Assembly (NCBI GenBank): GCA_964247055.1
Contig: OZ176050.1
Location: forward strand, 8,742,001-8,806,000
DNA length: 64,000 nucleotides
Direction: 5' to 3'
DNA from: Paragordius varius
Lineage: Eukaryota > Animalia > Nematomorpha
A program made the translations under genes and the position numbers. The notes under the pieces were generated by a model, which worked only from the letters and a program-made list of their open reading frames with translations, had not been told where the DNA came from and made no database searches. How positions within the stretch are numbered: the stretch's first letter is position 1; each line of letters begins with the position of its first letter. Shown here one piece after another: positions 1 to 15,900 of the stretch.

Positions 1-3000
1 TCAAAGTCTTATGCGACCTAATTACTTAGCATTAAGTACTTCAACCAAAGGTATATAATATTGGAAACATTGTTTTTTTTTTACTTGTAACATTAATTTT
101 TAATGATATCATATATGTGTGTATTTTAAACATATAGTGGATAATTCACAATCTCGGGGGCATTTTAACAAAAATCACATGGCGATAAACAAAAACGAAA
201 TGGCTCCAACATTTATCAAGAAGGAATTTAATCAAGTATATATTTGTATAGATAATATGACATAATAAAAATGGTTTTATTTTTTAATTATGCTTTTAAA
301 ATTACAATATTTGACCTAAATATATATATTATAAAGATTCCAACTTCATACGGATATTCATCCAATACTAATATGAATCATATGCAGCAACCATCGCCTC
401 ATAAACAATCCCCCAATTTCATTAATACCAAAGGTAAAATTTTTATTAATTTTATAATTAATAATTAAAAAAATTTCTTAATCCCTTATTTTTTTACCCG
501 GATAGGTTTAGGGAATCAGTTTGGGAGAGACCATGTGCCTGCGTAAGAACATCTATAATATATATTTATCATAACTATTTTGCATTTGTTTGAAAAAACG
601 TTTTTTTATGAAATATCGCTCGCTTATTACATCGTCAATATTTTTAAGGCTTATAATTTTGTATCAAACACAAATATATCATAAATTTTGTTTCACTTGA
701 AATATAATAATATATTTGGCCAATATTAGTTTTGATTTGCTAATATTGTATGTAATACTAATTATTTATTCTACTTACTTATTACAGTGTTAATAATAAT
801 AACAATCAACATGTGTTGAATTTAATAACAAATTCTTTGGCTCATGCATTGCATACCCAACAAAATAAAACGTGTATGTATACGACACCGCATCTCATTA
901 AACAAGAAGCAGCGGGTAACTCAATAAGAAGTCCAAATTATCAAACATCGATTGGGAATAAAAATTATCATTCTATAAAGAAAGAAAATGACTTGTATAA
1001 TCAACGCACCCCTAGCAATTATAGTCATGAAACGACGAGTTGTATAACTAAAGGTTTTATATTCTCTTCTTTTTAAAATAAAATGTGGAATTTTTAATCA
1101 TAAATAATTTGATGAATTTGGACTATATTGCTTAATGTTTTGTATGAATGTTATTTCGTAATATATTACAGATGATTTGTGATCAATTTTTAAACCTAGC
1201 ATAAATTTAAGTTTGATACTCATTATGGATAGATACAATTTTAAATGTTAAAAACGTTTTAATTGACATGGGTATTATTGCGCAGAAATTATTAATTTCA
1301 AATTTAATTTAACTAAGGGCTATGGTACATAAAAATAAATTTAAACCAAGATGTTTATTGCAAACATAAACTTTTCGCTACCCTATACTTACATTCTAAT
1401 TAATGTTGTAATAAAACTCATTTTACGCAAAAATATAGAAGGTTCAATAGATTCTCCCAGCCAAAATGCCAATAATTTCCAACAAACTCAAAGAAATTTA
1501 GAACGATGGAAAAAGGATGAAGCACTTGGCACACTAGCAACCATTTCCCCTGTTCTTTATGCCAATCTCAAATATCCTGAACTCCAAACTGAATATCCAG
1601 GTTGATTTTTATTTGATTGCGCATAATTTTTGTAAAATTGTTAATAATGTTATAAGGCGGAAACATTATAAATAATTTTAACTAGGAGATATTAAATATA
1701 AATCCTTTATTACCAAAATGATTTGTAAATCTTTTTTTTGACGATATCTTTAAACAAAATAATTTATTAAACCAATATTGCTTCGATTTTTAATCGGATT
1801 TTGAAGTCAATTTTTTTAAAATTTTGCATTTATTCTTATATTACTTTTAGATATGTTGGAGCGTTCAAAACAAATGGCAAAAATATGGAGAAATATGCCG
1901 GCAGAAGAACGCATTCCTTATTTGCAAAAAGCGCGGGAGAATAGAGCCACACTTCGTCTTCAAAAATCATCAAAGCAGTCCAATGTTACTACAGTTAGCG
2001 AATCTCTGAATACTACTGTATGATTAAAACCATTTCAGATTTAATGTTTTTGAAATTTTTTAATTATATTTTGTCTTTTTTTACATCTTAGTAAAATCAT
2101 GGTTTTTTATTGTATCGTTAACATTTTTTTAAAAATTAAAATAGTTATCCACCCAGGCCTCTAATACAACAACGAAATCACCTTTCACAGCCATCACTAC
2201 GAATGAAACACATGTTATCAAAAAAGATGGCTCCTTAATTTCGTCGCAGCAGCCAAAATCAATTTTTGACCTTAAAATGGATGATTTTTCTGACAAACGA
2301 AGTCACCTAGCTCCCAACCAAAGTATTACATCTGGAACACCTATTAAAGAGTTGCAAAATGTGAATGATCTTTCTAATGCCTTAAATAAACCCATTGTTG
2401 GAGAGAACTTTTTACCATCTACCTCTTTTACCAATATGAATCTTCCCACCTCTTACAATAATTCTAATATCAATATAAACGAACAAAACTCTACCTTTAA
2501 TCTACAACAACAGGCACATTTTCAGCAAGACACTACTTACTTAGATAACAGGGCTTTAAATACAGAATTTAATAATGGCCAGCAAATTAATAATAACGTT
2601 TACATTCAAAAAAGTAATGAAACATTCATTATGGATCCCTTTTATCCGAATAATCCTTCCGTTGGGAATGCTCCTACACCACAAGAACAACAACAACAAA
2701 TACACCCCTCAAGTCAATTATTGGATGATATCATAAGTATGGTTTATGCGTTTTTAACCGCTCAAATTATATCAATCGGTCTTTAACCGTTTTTAATAAG
2801 TAGCTATTTTAGCATCTAATCAATTAATTTAAACCTCTATAATAACCTAATATGTGTTGTTAATTTAAGGAATAAATAACGAATTTAAACGAGATATTGC
2901 TTTAGTTGCATAATTAAAAAAATTTAAAATGATACTATACATATAACATATTTTTTAACAATTTTATATGATTATTTCACGTTCATATACGGAAAATTTT

Positions 3001-6000
3001 AACTGTAATATAAGTCTAGCACAATCTAGGTCACAAACGCTACATTCGTTAATACCTTAATAACCAGTTATACCCGGCCGGTAGTTTTACAAACAGTTTT
3101 TTTACAACTCAAAACGTGTTTACAGTAAAGCGCATTATTATAAGCTAAACATGCATTTTGAATGGCTAAGGTATTTAGTATACATGTCAGTAGCCATGTA
3201 TAAGATTTTTCGTTTTTATTAGTTAGTGTGAGGAAAGAATGCGGTGCTGTTAAATATGTAACTACTGATAAAATAAAAATACAAGGCAACAGACATGTAA
3301 ATTAAATACTCCTACTTTTAGCCATTTAAAATACAGATGTATGGCCTATCTTAGTTTTGCGTTACTAATATCATTTCCTTATATTGCTTCCGTAGGCGAC
3401 CTTAGTTCTATCGAAGAAACCAAAGGCTTGTTCAAAGACATGTCGGCAGGCGGTTTAGGTAGTTTGTTGGATCCATCAGGTCCAGGTTTAGGAACGCTGC
3501 CTGCTGGGAATAACGGTAACGTTGAAGGCCAAAGCGCCAATTATCAAATCCCAGCCGATACTGATGCACTAATTACAGCTCTTTACTACAGCGTTCATCA
3601 ACAGAATGGGCCAGCTACCCCAGCGGTCGTGGGCGGAGGAGCTCCTTTCTCATCTCAACAATCCATGAATAGTGGACCCATTTTCTCTACACCTAACATG
3701 ATTTTACAGTAAAAATTTTTAGTTTATACTATGTAAAATGTATTTATCAAAAAATTCTTGTTCATAATTTTTTCTATTGTATAACTCCTATAAAAAAATT
3801 AAAAAAAGAAGATTAATTCCAATTGGAAAATAAGGAGTTGGGATGTAAATTGGTAACATAACATATAGGTAATAAAAAATGGCCTTCTTAAAAATATCAT
3901 GTTTTGTTTCTATTTATACATATATTATTATTTACCTATCTTTTAAAAGCACTGCGGCGAATAATAATAACATAAATGAAATGACCAATAATAATAATAA
4001 CTATGGAAACATGATGGTATATAATCAACAACAAAGGATTTTTTTTAACCAATCCAGTCAGCATAATTCACCTTGTAAGCCTCTGACACCTGCTCCAACC
4101 AATTACAATAATATGAATATTCAAAATCAGAATACAAATACAAATTTTAATATAAATAGTAACATTATAAATGCAAACCTTAACCCAACTTTACCTCCAA
4201 ATTTTTATGCGGACAACGTTAATTCTGCCAAAGAAGCCTTAATTATACAACAACAAAGTCATTATGTACAAACGATAGGGGTGGAATTAAATAAAGCCGT
4301 TCCAAGTATGTATTGTATTCAATATATAAAACTTTTCTAAAAATTACGCTTTTTAGTTTTAGTAATTGAGTTTTTTCAAGGTTGAATTGGATTCTTTTAT
4401 TAGAATATTTTTCATTGCTGAGTGCAAAGTTGAACTCGTCTGTGGCAACACTTAGATCTATCTTTTTATCAAAATTCTGTATCTTTAATTTATTTTTTTA
4501 TCTTTCTCTATATGTTTTACAGATCAGCAGCAATTTATCCCATCAAACCTGATGACAAATAATGATCAATTAAGGATTGATATCAATAATCCAAATTATA
4601 ATAAGCCCATAACACCTTCCTACAAGGAAGACAATGGTAGGATTAATATTCGATTTTTTTGCAAATTTAATAAATTTTCATATATATTTTCATTTTTTAA
4701 TATATTCCTTTTACATACGCAATTATTTTGTTTGTAATTAAATAAAGTTCTAACATATTTGTTGTAGGAATGCAACCTCAAAAAACAAATTTGACTCCAT
4801 CCTTCAACCAAGACATGGAACAATCAGATGCTAACCTAACACAAGGTATTATTTTTAATGCTAATTTTTGGAAATATTCGAAGCGATTTATTCATTTTAT
4901 TTTACGTAATCTGTGAGCTCTTTTAACATTTTTGACCGTTTATATGGCTATTAGAAATGATCGCCACATCAAATTATAGCAAAGATGTAAATGAAGACCC
5001 AATCGCATACAAAAAATGGTTAATATCACGTGATAAGGCGCTTCAAACAGCTCTTTCTATGTTGGCCGCTGACATTTCCAAAGTTAGTTTATAATCATAT
5101 TTTTATAATTAGAGTAAGAAATAAAAATAAAAATTTAAAATTGTAAAAACTAAAAGATTGATGATTTTTTCTATATTATCCAAATTTACAATCAATTGCA
5201 CATTTGAGTACAGTAAAAATTGAAATTATACGGACAAGCATTAAAGTATAGTGGCTATTTTTTTTTCGAAAGATACTCCGGCTTTTTTAAACCTTTATTT
5301 TTCCTATATGAACTATTTAATTAAAATTTTAAAATATATAATTATTGTGTTGCCAATATACATCTCTATTCCATATAATTTAAACAAAGTATTATATAAA
5401 AAAATCAAGATTAAAAAAGAATGTTTACTTTTGAAAAAAAATATTTGTCTTTATATATTTACATTCAGCCCGTATAATTTTAATTTTTATTGTATACCAA
5501 TTAACATGTATTCCTTATTTTGTACTAAACAATATAGGGTATATTAAAACTATAGGTATACAAATTTTGTTTTTTAGATTTTACGTTTTGTCTAGCACTC
5601 TATTTTAAACTTAATTACGATTTCCTAAATAATAGATGCGAAAGCGTAAAAAATCTTTGGCATCCAAGCAACGACAAATAAAGAAAACGGCTTTAGGAAA
5701 TATATCGACAAATATTAACTCTATAAACTCACCTGCACCAAATTTATTATACAGCACCACTTCAATGACTACCAATGCATCTCCTCTTTTAAGTTTGTTT
5801 TACTTTAATTAAAATTTGGTTAATATTTTTATATGATTGATTACAATAGGGTTTTGGATCGGGGTTATAAATGTGCATCTTTTTATATGTAATTAATTAA
5901 AATATTATGAAAAACAATAATCTTAAATAATGTTAATAAAAAGTGGTAAAACTTTAAAAAATTATAAAATATATTGTTAATTGTTATTGATATATTTCTA

Positions 6001-9000
6001 AAAACCTATTTTTGGATATCTTTATGTGTTTTTATTTAATTATGTTGTTGTAATTCTTTGTTTCATCCTTAATTAACTACATTCATAAGCCGTCTTACCG
6101 GTTTTTATTTTTGACCGGTCAAATACTCAACCCTAGTCATTAGCCCAAATATTGCCATTTAATTTACTAATCAGTTTTATAATATATAAATTTTGTTTTA
6201 TTTCTATGTTTTCAATTTTTCTACAATAGATTCATTGATACAAAATTCCATGTCCCATATAACTTCTCCACCCTCTGCCATCAAAAATTATGGACAACCT
6301 ATAGCTTCACCATATCCAAATCAACCCCTAAAATATGACCCAGCAAGGTTTTGCATCTCATGACATTTTGATTATCTCTTTTATAGAGTTTACATTGTAA
6401 ATTATAAGTATTAAATTTTAATATACCACACTAATTTAAGGAATTAATTGCCAAATAATTGTTAAAAATACAGTTTAAATTGCACAAATGACATATTATA
6501 CTGTAATTAAGTGTGAGTAATTTTTAGTTTTCCCAATTTTATTGTACATACCACATCCATATTTGCACAATTATCAGGCATTTTCAAAGAAAAGTGAATG
6601 TTTGAAATAAGCTGTTGTGTATTGTTTTACATGAAACTTTTACAAAAACAAATATAATGGTAAAATGACATTTTTTAATTTTTTTAAAACTAATTTATTT
6701 TCACGGTGTTGTTATTCCTATAATTCCCTTATTATAAATTAGTGGCTGTTTTGATCCCCGAACACCGTGTTTTACCTCAAACCAAATGTTATCTGGAAAG
6801 GAGGGAAGTTTCGAAAATCCAAATAGCACAAATACGACTCAGATGTATGATGGTACAATGATTGCCCCCTCACCTGCTTATAATGCCTCTGCCTCGGAGA
6901 CTAGTGATACAAACATGAATGTTTCCTCTTTATATGGTTAATATATTATGTTTTTTAATATATATCGTTGATTTAAATTTATCTAATCTAAATTCTAAAA
7001 TACACATTGTTCACGATAAAATAAATTTATTATGGCTTCTGAGATAATTTATATAATCAAAAAACCTTTTTTTAACGATTCATGATTGAATCGAATTCCT
7101 GAAAAGTTTTGATATAATGTATCAAAATCTTTTTTTGGCGTATTCCGCGGTCATAAAACCAAATATTTTTGAGCCAAATGTAAAACCCTTTTAAAAAAGG
7201 TGAAAACTATATTTTTTCCTAACTAACCAATTCTTTTTATACCCTAAATATCATTATTACATTTTTCTCTTTATATATATGTATATATTATAGCTGCTCC
7301 AACACCACCCACACAACAATCAAACATTTCAGGTTTATCTGGGACTCCGCCCGTTGTGGTGACAACAACCACAGCCTCGACGAACACATGCTGGTTACCT
7401 CCTCATGAAGCCAAAGAATTGTCCATTTTATCAACCGATATCGCCGCACTCCAGAAACGGATCGAAACGTTACGGAAAGAATTAAAACAACATCGAACCC
7501 TTATGAACGATTTACAAATTAGTCCAACAACATCAAATATTATCAGCTCTAATTCTACCATCCAAGGTGCTAATTCTAATTTACCGTTATCAGTGACAAA
7601 TATTTCATCGACAATTATGATGAATACCCACAATATAATGATTAATCAATATAATAATACTGCCTCAACAGTAATGTTAAACAATACAAATGGTATTACA
7701 TCATCCTCTTTGCTTATAACACACCATGGGACACAAATTAATTATGGTAATAATATGCCGACCAACGCTTATATGAATCAAATGATTGATTTTAATATTA
7801 ATAATCCTGGAAATAGTATTAATCGAAATATAAGACCGAATGTTGGTGGAGACAATAATATAGCTATGATTTTGGAAACTTCCCTACAACACCAAACCCT
7901 GGCTTCAAGTTTGTTCTTTTAACTTAAACCATAAAAATTATTATGATTTAAAATTAAGAAACTTAGAGTTTTTTATTTTTTCTTTCAATATAAATCAAAT
8001 ATCTGATTAATTAAATTATCTTAATTAAGATTTCATCAATTCCAACACACTTTGTGAGGGGAAATCAGCCAATATGAATACTTTTATCAGTAATAACACC
8101 ACTAATTTTATTCATCATCAACAACATCAACAGTTTAATCAAACCCAAATTTATATGGCTGCAAATAATTATAATGATATCACATCCTCTATTGCTAATA
8201 ATGCGCAAATCAGTAATTCTAATTGTAACGTTAACCATAAATCCGTGCTTTATAACAATTTATTTAATTCCGCCCCTATGGATGTCGGCAATTATTTATT
8301 AATGAAATCAAATTATCAACATCAACAACAATCAAATAGCTTTATTTCGATACCAAATAACACAGCTTATATGACTACTAATATAAATAGCATGATTCAA
8401 ATTTATTCAACTCAAGGGGTAGTTATGACATATGCCCCAGGAATGCAGGTAGAAAAATATATTACGGAGATTAAAAAAAGCATATTGTGGATTCTTTAAA
8501 CTTTAAATGTTTTATGCTAAAATCGGGTTAGCTTATACTTTTATTAAAACAAAAGTCCTTCTTTTTTTGTAGTCTCTATATTTAATCATAAAACAATACA
8601 TATAAAGATATTTGGTATATAAGGTATTTACAATGATATGAAAATATTTTTTGCCTCAACAATTAATTTATTTTATATTTTTTTATAAAATGTATTAGCT
8701 AAAGTCACAAGGTTTTCAAGGTGGGCCGACTCCCATGTATGGTAATGATGACCAATTACACTTGCAAAATAATTATAAAAGGTATTATTTTATTTGTTTA
8801 TTTTTACAAATCTAAAATTTAAATATTACAATTATCTTAAAATAATATTTTTGTAATTATCGTACACATAAATATATCATTTTTTTCCTTCAGATATTTG
8901 TATTTGGGATGCAATTTAATATATTATTCTCATATTGCAATAATTACAAAATCATTTTATTGAAATCTTTAAATATTATTTTTGTAATTATCATATGCAT

Positions 9001-10198
9001 AAATATATCATTTCCCCTTCAGATATTTGTATTTGGGATGCAAATTAATATATTATTATTCTGTAAATATTGCAATAATTACAAAATAATTTTTTTTAAA
9101 CATGAATTTTTTAAAGTTTTTTTTTATGAATAAATTGTAGTAGTTTACAAAATTATCCTGCCCAACCAACGGTCGCATTTATGAGCTGTTCTAACCAACA
9201 ACTCAATTACAATAATCAACCGACAATGCAAAATTCGAAAATGCAACAAAACAGATCAAATATTCAGCATAACGAACAAAACTTACACCTTTACAAAGCA
9301 TATGGGAGCTTTAACCCAGACAACATTAATATTAATAATAATGATCCAGGTTTTTTTTTTATTATCTTTGGTTTTGCAATAAAACTAAAACCAGCCCTTG
9401 ATGGAAATGAATCGGCAAACAATAAGACACTATATTTTGAGGCTAATACAAAATATTAGATCTTTATCCTCTAATGAATTATTTTATTGTTAAATTATAT
9501 TAAGTATGACGCAATTTTTGCGGTTATTGATGGGCTATAATAGAATCTTGTAAAACCTTATATAAAATATTTGTACTTTATTAATCTCTTATGGAATATT
9601 TCAGAGGGATTTGAATTTATCTCTATAACAAGATTTTACATTTCAAATAATTTACAATCAAATTATCCGAAATTTCGTAAAATATAAAAATTCAATATCA
9701 ATAGGAGCAGTACAAGATTACAAAAATCAAAATCAGGATTCTCAAATTATGCCAGTTTTAAAATCTATTAATCAGCCAGGATACCGATACACCAAATCTA
9801 TGCAGAATAGTTTTGAAAGGTAACTATAGTTTTGTCAGTTAATTTAATTAAAATTAATTTGACAATTTTTTATTTCATTAGTAACATCTATATACAACAA
9901 CAACAAAATTCTATGCAAGATGGTTATGGTATGATGTCAAGCGAATCCTATAATAAAAATATTGCATATCATGCGACACAATATGTAAGTTTATGTTTTT
10001 TTAAACCTTTTTTTAAACCAGGGTGTTAATATTAATCAACTTTAAAATATCTACTTTACTTATATCCATAGGTTGTTACACATTATTTTTAGATTAAGCT
10101 AAAAATTGTAATTGACAAAATATTATTTTAATTTTATAAACAGCACAAAATCCGGTGTTTATATAAATTATTAATCCTTCTGTTTTCATCTTTGGATT

Positions 10199-10234
<36 letters not shown>

Positions 10235-12894
10235 ATAAACTTTAAGGGCACATCTACGCTACAAATATCTCAAACTTGCTCTTCACAATATATGTTTTCT
10301 CATCCGTATAATGCGTTGGGATCCACAATCAACCGGCAAACAACATTACCATACGTCTCAGAAACCACGTTTGGGGGGAATTACATGAATCGAAATATAA
10401 TGAACAATGTAAATAATATCCCGCCAAATATTTATGGCCAAAAACACTACAGTCAGTATGATACAAATTATACGCAATTCTCAACTCATAATAATCCTAA
10501 CAATAACTTGAATGCTTCTTATCCTGGATCAATAATGATGATGAAACAACCATCAAATAGCGGGGGGCAACGCCCCCCACCCTACCTTGCTAATAACAAT
10601 GTTCAACAACAACAATTTCAAAATAATATGATGTATTATGGAGGAAATATGGTCACACAAGGGGCTTTATACAATAATAGTCAGCTAGGTCCATACGCCG
10701 CTACAAACAACAGTAATAGAGGAGGAGTTTGCACTTTTCAACAAAATGTTGGCCAAAAACATTTTTCATCAAATTATACCAATAACGGTAAAAACGAGAA
10801 TATTATGGCAAATTATTTACCTACGGGAACGATGATGCCTCAATACAACCAAGGGGTGCAATTTCAAACGCAATCCTCCCATCATTATCATAATCAACAA
10901 CAAAACTATTATTACGCAGCAAATAATCAACAACACCATCAACAAAATATAATGAATGCTTCTTCTAGCCACGTAGTTCAACCTGATGTAAATCACAACA
11001 TGAATAATGTCGGAAATAACTCTTATATGCTGGCTTCAAATAATGGTAATTTTTACAAGTGTTCTTAGCCGCTAAAATTTGGAAAGTTTTAAAGAAATTT
11101 TTACATGTGTTCTTAGCCGCTAAAATTTGGAAAAGTTTTAAAGAATGGTTAAGTTTTAGTAAGCATGTATAATTTTACGTTGTTTTGATTTTTTTTAAAG
11201 TATACAATGAATATGCGCAATATTTAGTTAAATATATGCGTTATTTGAATAACTTTAAATACATTATTTAAGGTGACATAAAATTTATTTTCTATCAATA
11301 TAAATATATAGATTTATAGTGCATGATTGTTCAACCAAATAAAATTAATCTTTCATGGATTTTAATATCATAAATTATTTGAAATAGGTGTAGTAAAATT
11401 TTAATGGCATATGAGTTTTAAAATCTTATAATAATAATAATTGGTAGACTGTGGTTTAGATATAGTTAGAAAAAATTTTATTTCCGCTTAAATCGTCTAA
11501 TTATTCTAACCATTATTATAAGAGTTATGCATTAACCTTTTTACTTGTGATTTATTTCCCAATAATTCAAAATTAGATATCCAGAATGCCGGGGGACTTT
11601 CTGGCCAAAATGGTGGTGCTTGGTGGTGGGAAGATGTTTTTACAATGCATCAATACAGCAGCAATACCAACAACGGTTTGGCATCTAACAACACAACACA
11701 TGTCAACAATAATAATAATGGAGCAGCTGCAACATCTAAATTACCAGCACCATCATTCTTGTGTTTTGGTCTTGGGAATGTGGATAAAAGTAGTTTATTT
11801 TCCAAAATTTGTGTTTTATTTTTTAGACCACGCATAGTAAAAACTTTTATTATATATGGCGAAAAAACTTATATATCATATTGTATCAAATTTTTACTTA
11901 AAGGGTCATATCTTGAATTGTTGAGTTATTTACGCTTTTAAATGAAAGTGCTCGCTCTACTGCTCCTTTTTCCAGATATTTAATTTATTATCTGTATAAC
12001 TATTTTGGTTGGGTATTATTTGAATTCTTATTTTCTAATTCATTAGATTTAACAGTTATGGATCGAAGATTGGGACACTTAAAGTTAGCGATTTTACCCG
12101 ATTACTATGGCGATTTTCCATTTGGTCAATTTACCGTTCCTGGTATTATATATTTTCTTTTCTTTTTAATTATCATTATTTAACATTGAATGTTTAGGGA
12201 TGCTTTTATTGAACAATGCCCTGATTATCAAGAATCTCAAAAATTTTGATTTAAATCAAGACGCCGTTAAGGCTAAGATTGAAGAATTGAAAAAACTTGT
12301 ACCATATTTGTTTAAACACTCATCGTACGAAAACAGTAATAATCAAAGTTTTTCACAAGTTTCTACAACTATTACGAAATCACAAACTTACCAAAAATGC
12401 AAAAAGTCTGAAAAACAGGAGCTAATTTCAAACAAAAAACAGTCGCTCACAACTAAATCACAAACATATCATTTTAATGGTAATTCAAATAATTTTTCTA
12501 TGGTTTATGTGTGTTTTTGTTTCATGTTTAAACATTCTTATATTATTATTTAGACATGGATGTTTTTGACAAAGAAATTGCAGCCATAACGAATGATAAA
12601 AATTTCTTGAAAAATTTTGACTTATCCCCAGACACTTACAGGTTTTTTTTCATTCAAAAACACATATCCTAGTTTTTTAGTTTCAAATGTTTTACCAAAA
12701 AAATTTAATATTTAGATCCCCGAGTGTTTCATCGAAAAAAACTCATAGTGTACCCTCAGTAAATTCTGTCAAAGAATCGATTAGAGGCGATGACTTTTTT
12801 ACAACACCTTTTTTACATCAAGATCAGGTATATTGCCAAATTTATTTTTTATTTATTTTATATATATATATATAAATATATAATATATATATAT

Positions 12895-12925
<31 letters not shown>

Positions 12926-15900
12926 TTGCTTAGAATGTCATTGAAGAGTCCATATTTAATAACTTGTTGGCATCAGTTTCACCATTGGATGAAAATTTGT
13001 CTTCAGCAAAAGGATCAAAACCAGAGACACCCATAGATCTTGATACAACACTGCAAGTTAAACCAATTCCTTCCCCTGTCCTTTCCCAAATCTGGTATTC
13101 TTGATTTATGAAGAAAAGGCTTTTTTATTTATGAAAAATTGAATAATTACTATAAAGTTTATTTGAAATATTTAGCAAACAACAAATTAAAAGCGATAGT
13201 TTAGACGAATCTCATAGTGTCAAAGAAACAGCCGTGACTAAAACTATAGAAACGGAAGCGAGTTCCCCATTCATACCCTTAATTATGACAACCGTTTCAA
13301 AAATAAGTCATCAAGCGGAGAATTTTAACCTCACACAAACGGAAAACTTTAACACTACTTTAAACAACATTACAATTCAATCATCATGTTCTACTAGTGT
13401 TCAAATTACTCCGGTTCAAAGTTGTCAAAATATGGAGCCATGTACAGAAAATTATAACATCCAGAAAGTTTTAGGTTAAATATGCATATAAATTATTATA
13501 GCGGTTTTGAGACATTTACTCGCTTACAAAATAATATGTTTATTATTAATTTAACAGATAATCAAAGTATTCAAGATTTAATACCTGTCCAATCATCACC
13601 TTTAGTTCCTTCCCCTATTGATGATTTGGGCTTTGACGAAATTGAGGGGCCTGATGGGGAAAATGTTGATAAACCAGAAGAGTAAATTTTTATGAGTTTA
13701 CAAGAGCACTATACTAATAAATTTTTTTAAATAAACAACGTCTTTAAACTAATTAACTCATGATTATATCCTTGGGATTTTTGAATTTCTTGGTTTAGTT
13801 ATAAACTAATGAGCTAAGTTACTCTATTTTAGTGATAATTCCGATTTGAATATTAATTTATTACTCATTTATATCCAGAAAAGGCAGAATGGGTTCAAAA
13901 ACATTTGATATATTTTTGCCAATTTTTTTACTTTTTTAGCGAAATTACCGTTACATTAACCATTGATACGGATACATTGGCACAAATGAATCCACAAGAC
14001 ATTATGAACCGTTTGAGTAAATTATTGGGTCTGGCTAAACCTATTACACGATTTACCCTTGAACGGGCTAACAGTCCACCCAGACTCATTCAAAATGAAG
14101 TTAACCAGTTAGAGTATGAAGAATTAAGTTATGGCATTTCAGATGAGGACGATGATTACAACGATACTAATGAAAATGTTAATGGTAAAGAGAAATTAAA
14201 AGAAAATATAAACTGTACTAAAAAGGGACAGGGACTAGGACTAGGACTTAGAGAATGTAATGCAAATATTATCAATAGTAACGCAGAAGGGGATGGTATG
14301 TTTTTTAATTATTTGAAAATGTAAAAGTTTGTTTTTATGTCATAAGTTGTTGCGTCTTTATGTAAAAAACTGATTTTTCAAAAAACACAATTTTTTAATT
14401 ATTTAATTTATGTTTTTTTGCAGTTGAATCTGCAAAAACGGGTAATGAAATTCGAAGCTGCAGTCATTGTTCACGTGTAATTGTTACCCCTTCCGAACGT
14501 TATGGAGGGTTTTTAGGTAAAATTAAATTAATTTTTTTTGCCTAGAAGACAATATTACTTGTTAATGCTTTATTATTAAATCATTTTTGTAGCCATAAAA
14601 CAACAGCTAAATAACCCTATTCAATCACAAGCATCTTTTTGTGGAAACATGTGCGCATTAAAATATCAAATATCCCAATCTGTTAATAACCCATCTAAGC
14701 GTAATATAAAAAACGGAGAAAATTATCCATATACGCTTGATCAAATGGATACCAGATATTACAGTACTTCTTACGAAAAATCGATTGACATTATGAAATC
14801 TACCATTTGTAATGATGTTTCATCAACCACCAAAATATTTGATACGAATGCCATCAATAATAATGGTTTATTGAAAAAAACGACTTCACATCTCCTAACG
14901 TTAAAATGGGAATTTAGGGTTTGGAGAAATCAAAAGTATAAAGTGTGGACGAACGGTGGGAAAGAATGTTTATGGCCCATTTACACCACGCGTGATGAAA
15001 CAATATTTTCAGCTAGCTATAGTAATATATTAATTTTTTTAATAATCTTACCTTACGTTTTAACTAAAAAATTCAATTATTTAAATTCTATGTGAATTAT
15101 AATTTTAAAATATAAGTTTTTATAGTTTTTTATCTAATTTGGTGAACGGTAATGTTACTTTGTCATTTACTTTATCTTTTTAAAGACTATTTTTTAGTTT
15201 AAAGAAGTGCAAACATAAGTGTTGGGTAACATTTTATTTTGATTATATAAATCCAAATAGCTTATCATATACAATCCCATACTGAATTCATTAAAACTGT
15301 ACCGGATATGGTGGGTGAATATGCTTTTGAGTTGATCGACAGGCGCATTTGTTCATTATGCAGTAGATTAGGCGACGGTGACCCTAATAATGTTTCTCGG
15401 TAATGAACTTTATATTTATTTAAAAACAAAAGTAGATTTTAAAAATATAGTTTAATGATAATTTTACCGAAAGAGATTAATTTTTATCACCAAAAATTAC
15501 AAAAGCTTAAAAGTTTTTCATTATCGCAAATTTTAGTGCTGGATAGTCTAAATTTATTTTGTTAAATTAACGTTAAACTCGCTATTATATCTTGATATAT
15601 CTTTTTTTATTATTAGGAAAACATACTATTTACCTGATTAGTATTTTTTATGATTGGTCAATCGATATAAAAATAACTGTTAACCTTTTATAAAACCGCA
15701 TAAAAAATATTAGAACTTAAAATATGGCAGTTTTAGGTGCAATATGAAGATATTATACGCATACACACATATATATATTACACCCTAATTATTTATGTAA
15801 AAACAAAAATGTTGGTCTATTAAACATTATTTTTACTGTATTGTTCTCATATTATCAATTTACAATAAAATAATTGAAATATTATAAACACAGTTTGTTG

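Noticed and set aside
15198-15225. Possible micro-exon LKKCKHKCW in KMT2C/D intron 34
   Set aside because: Its phases (2 in, 0 out) are incompatible with the flanking phase-1 junction.
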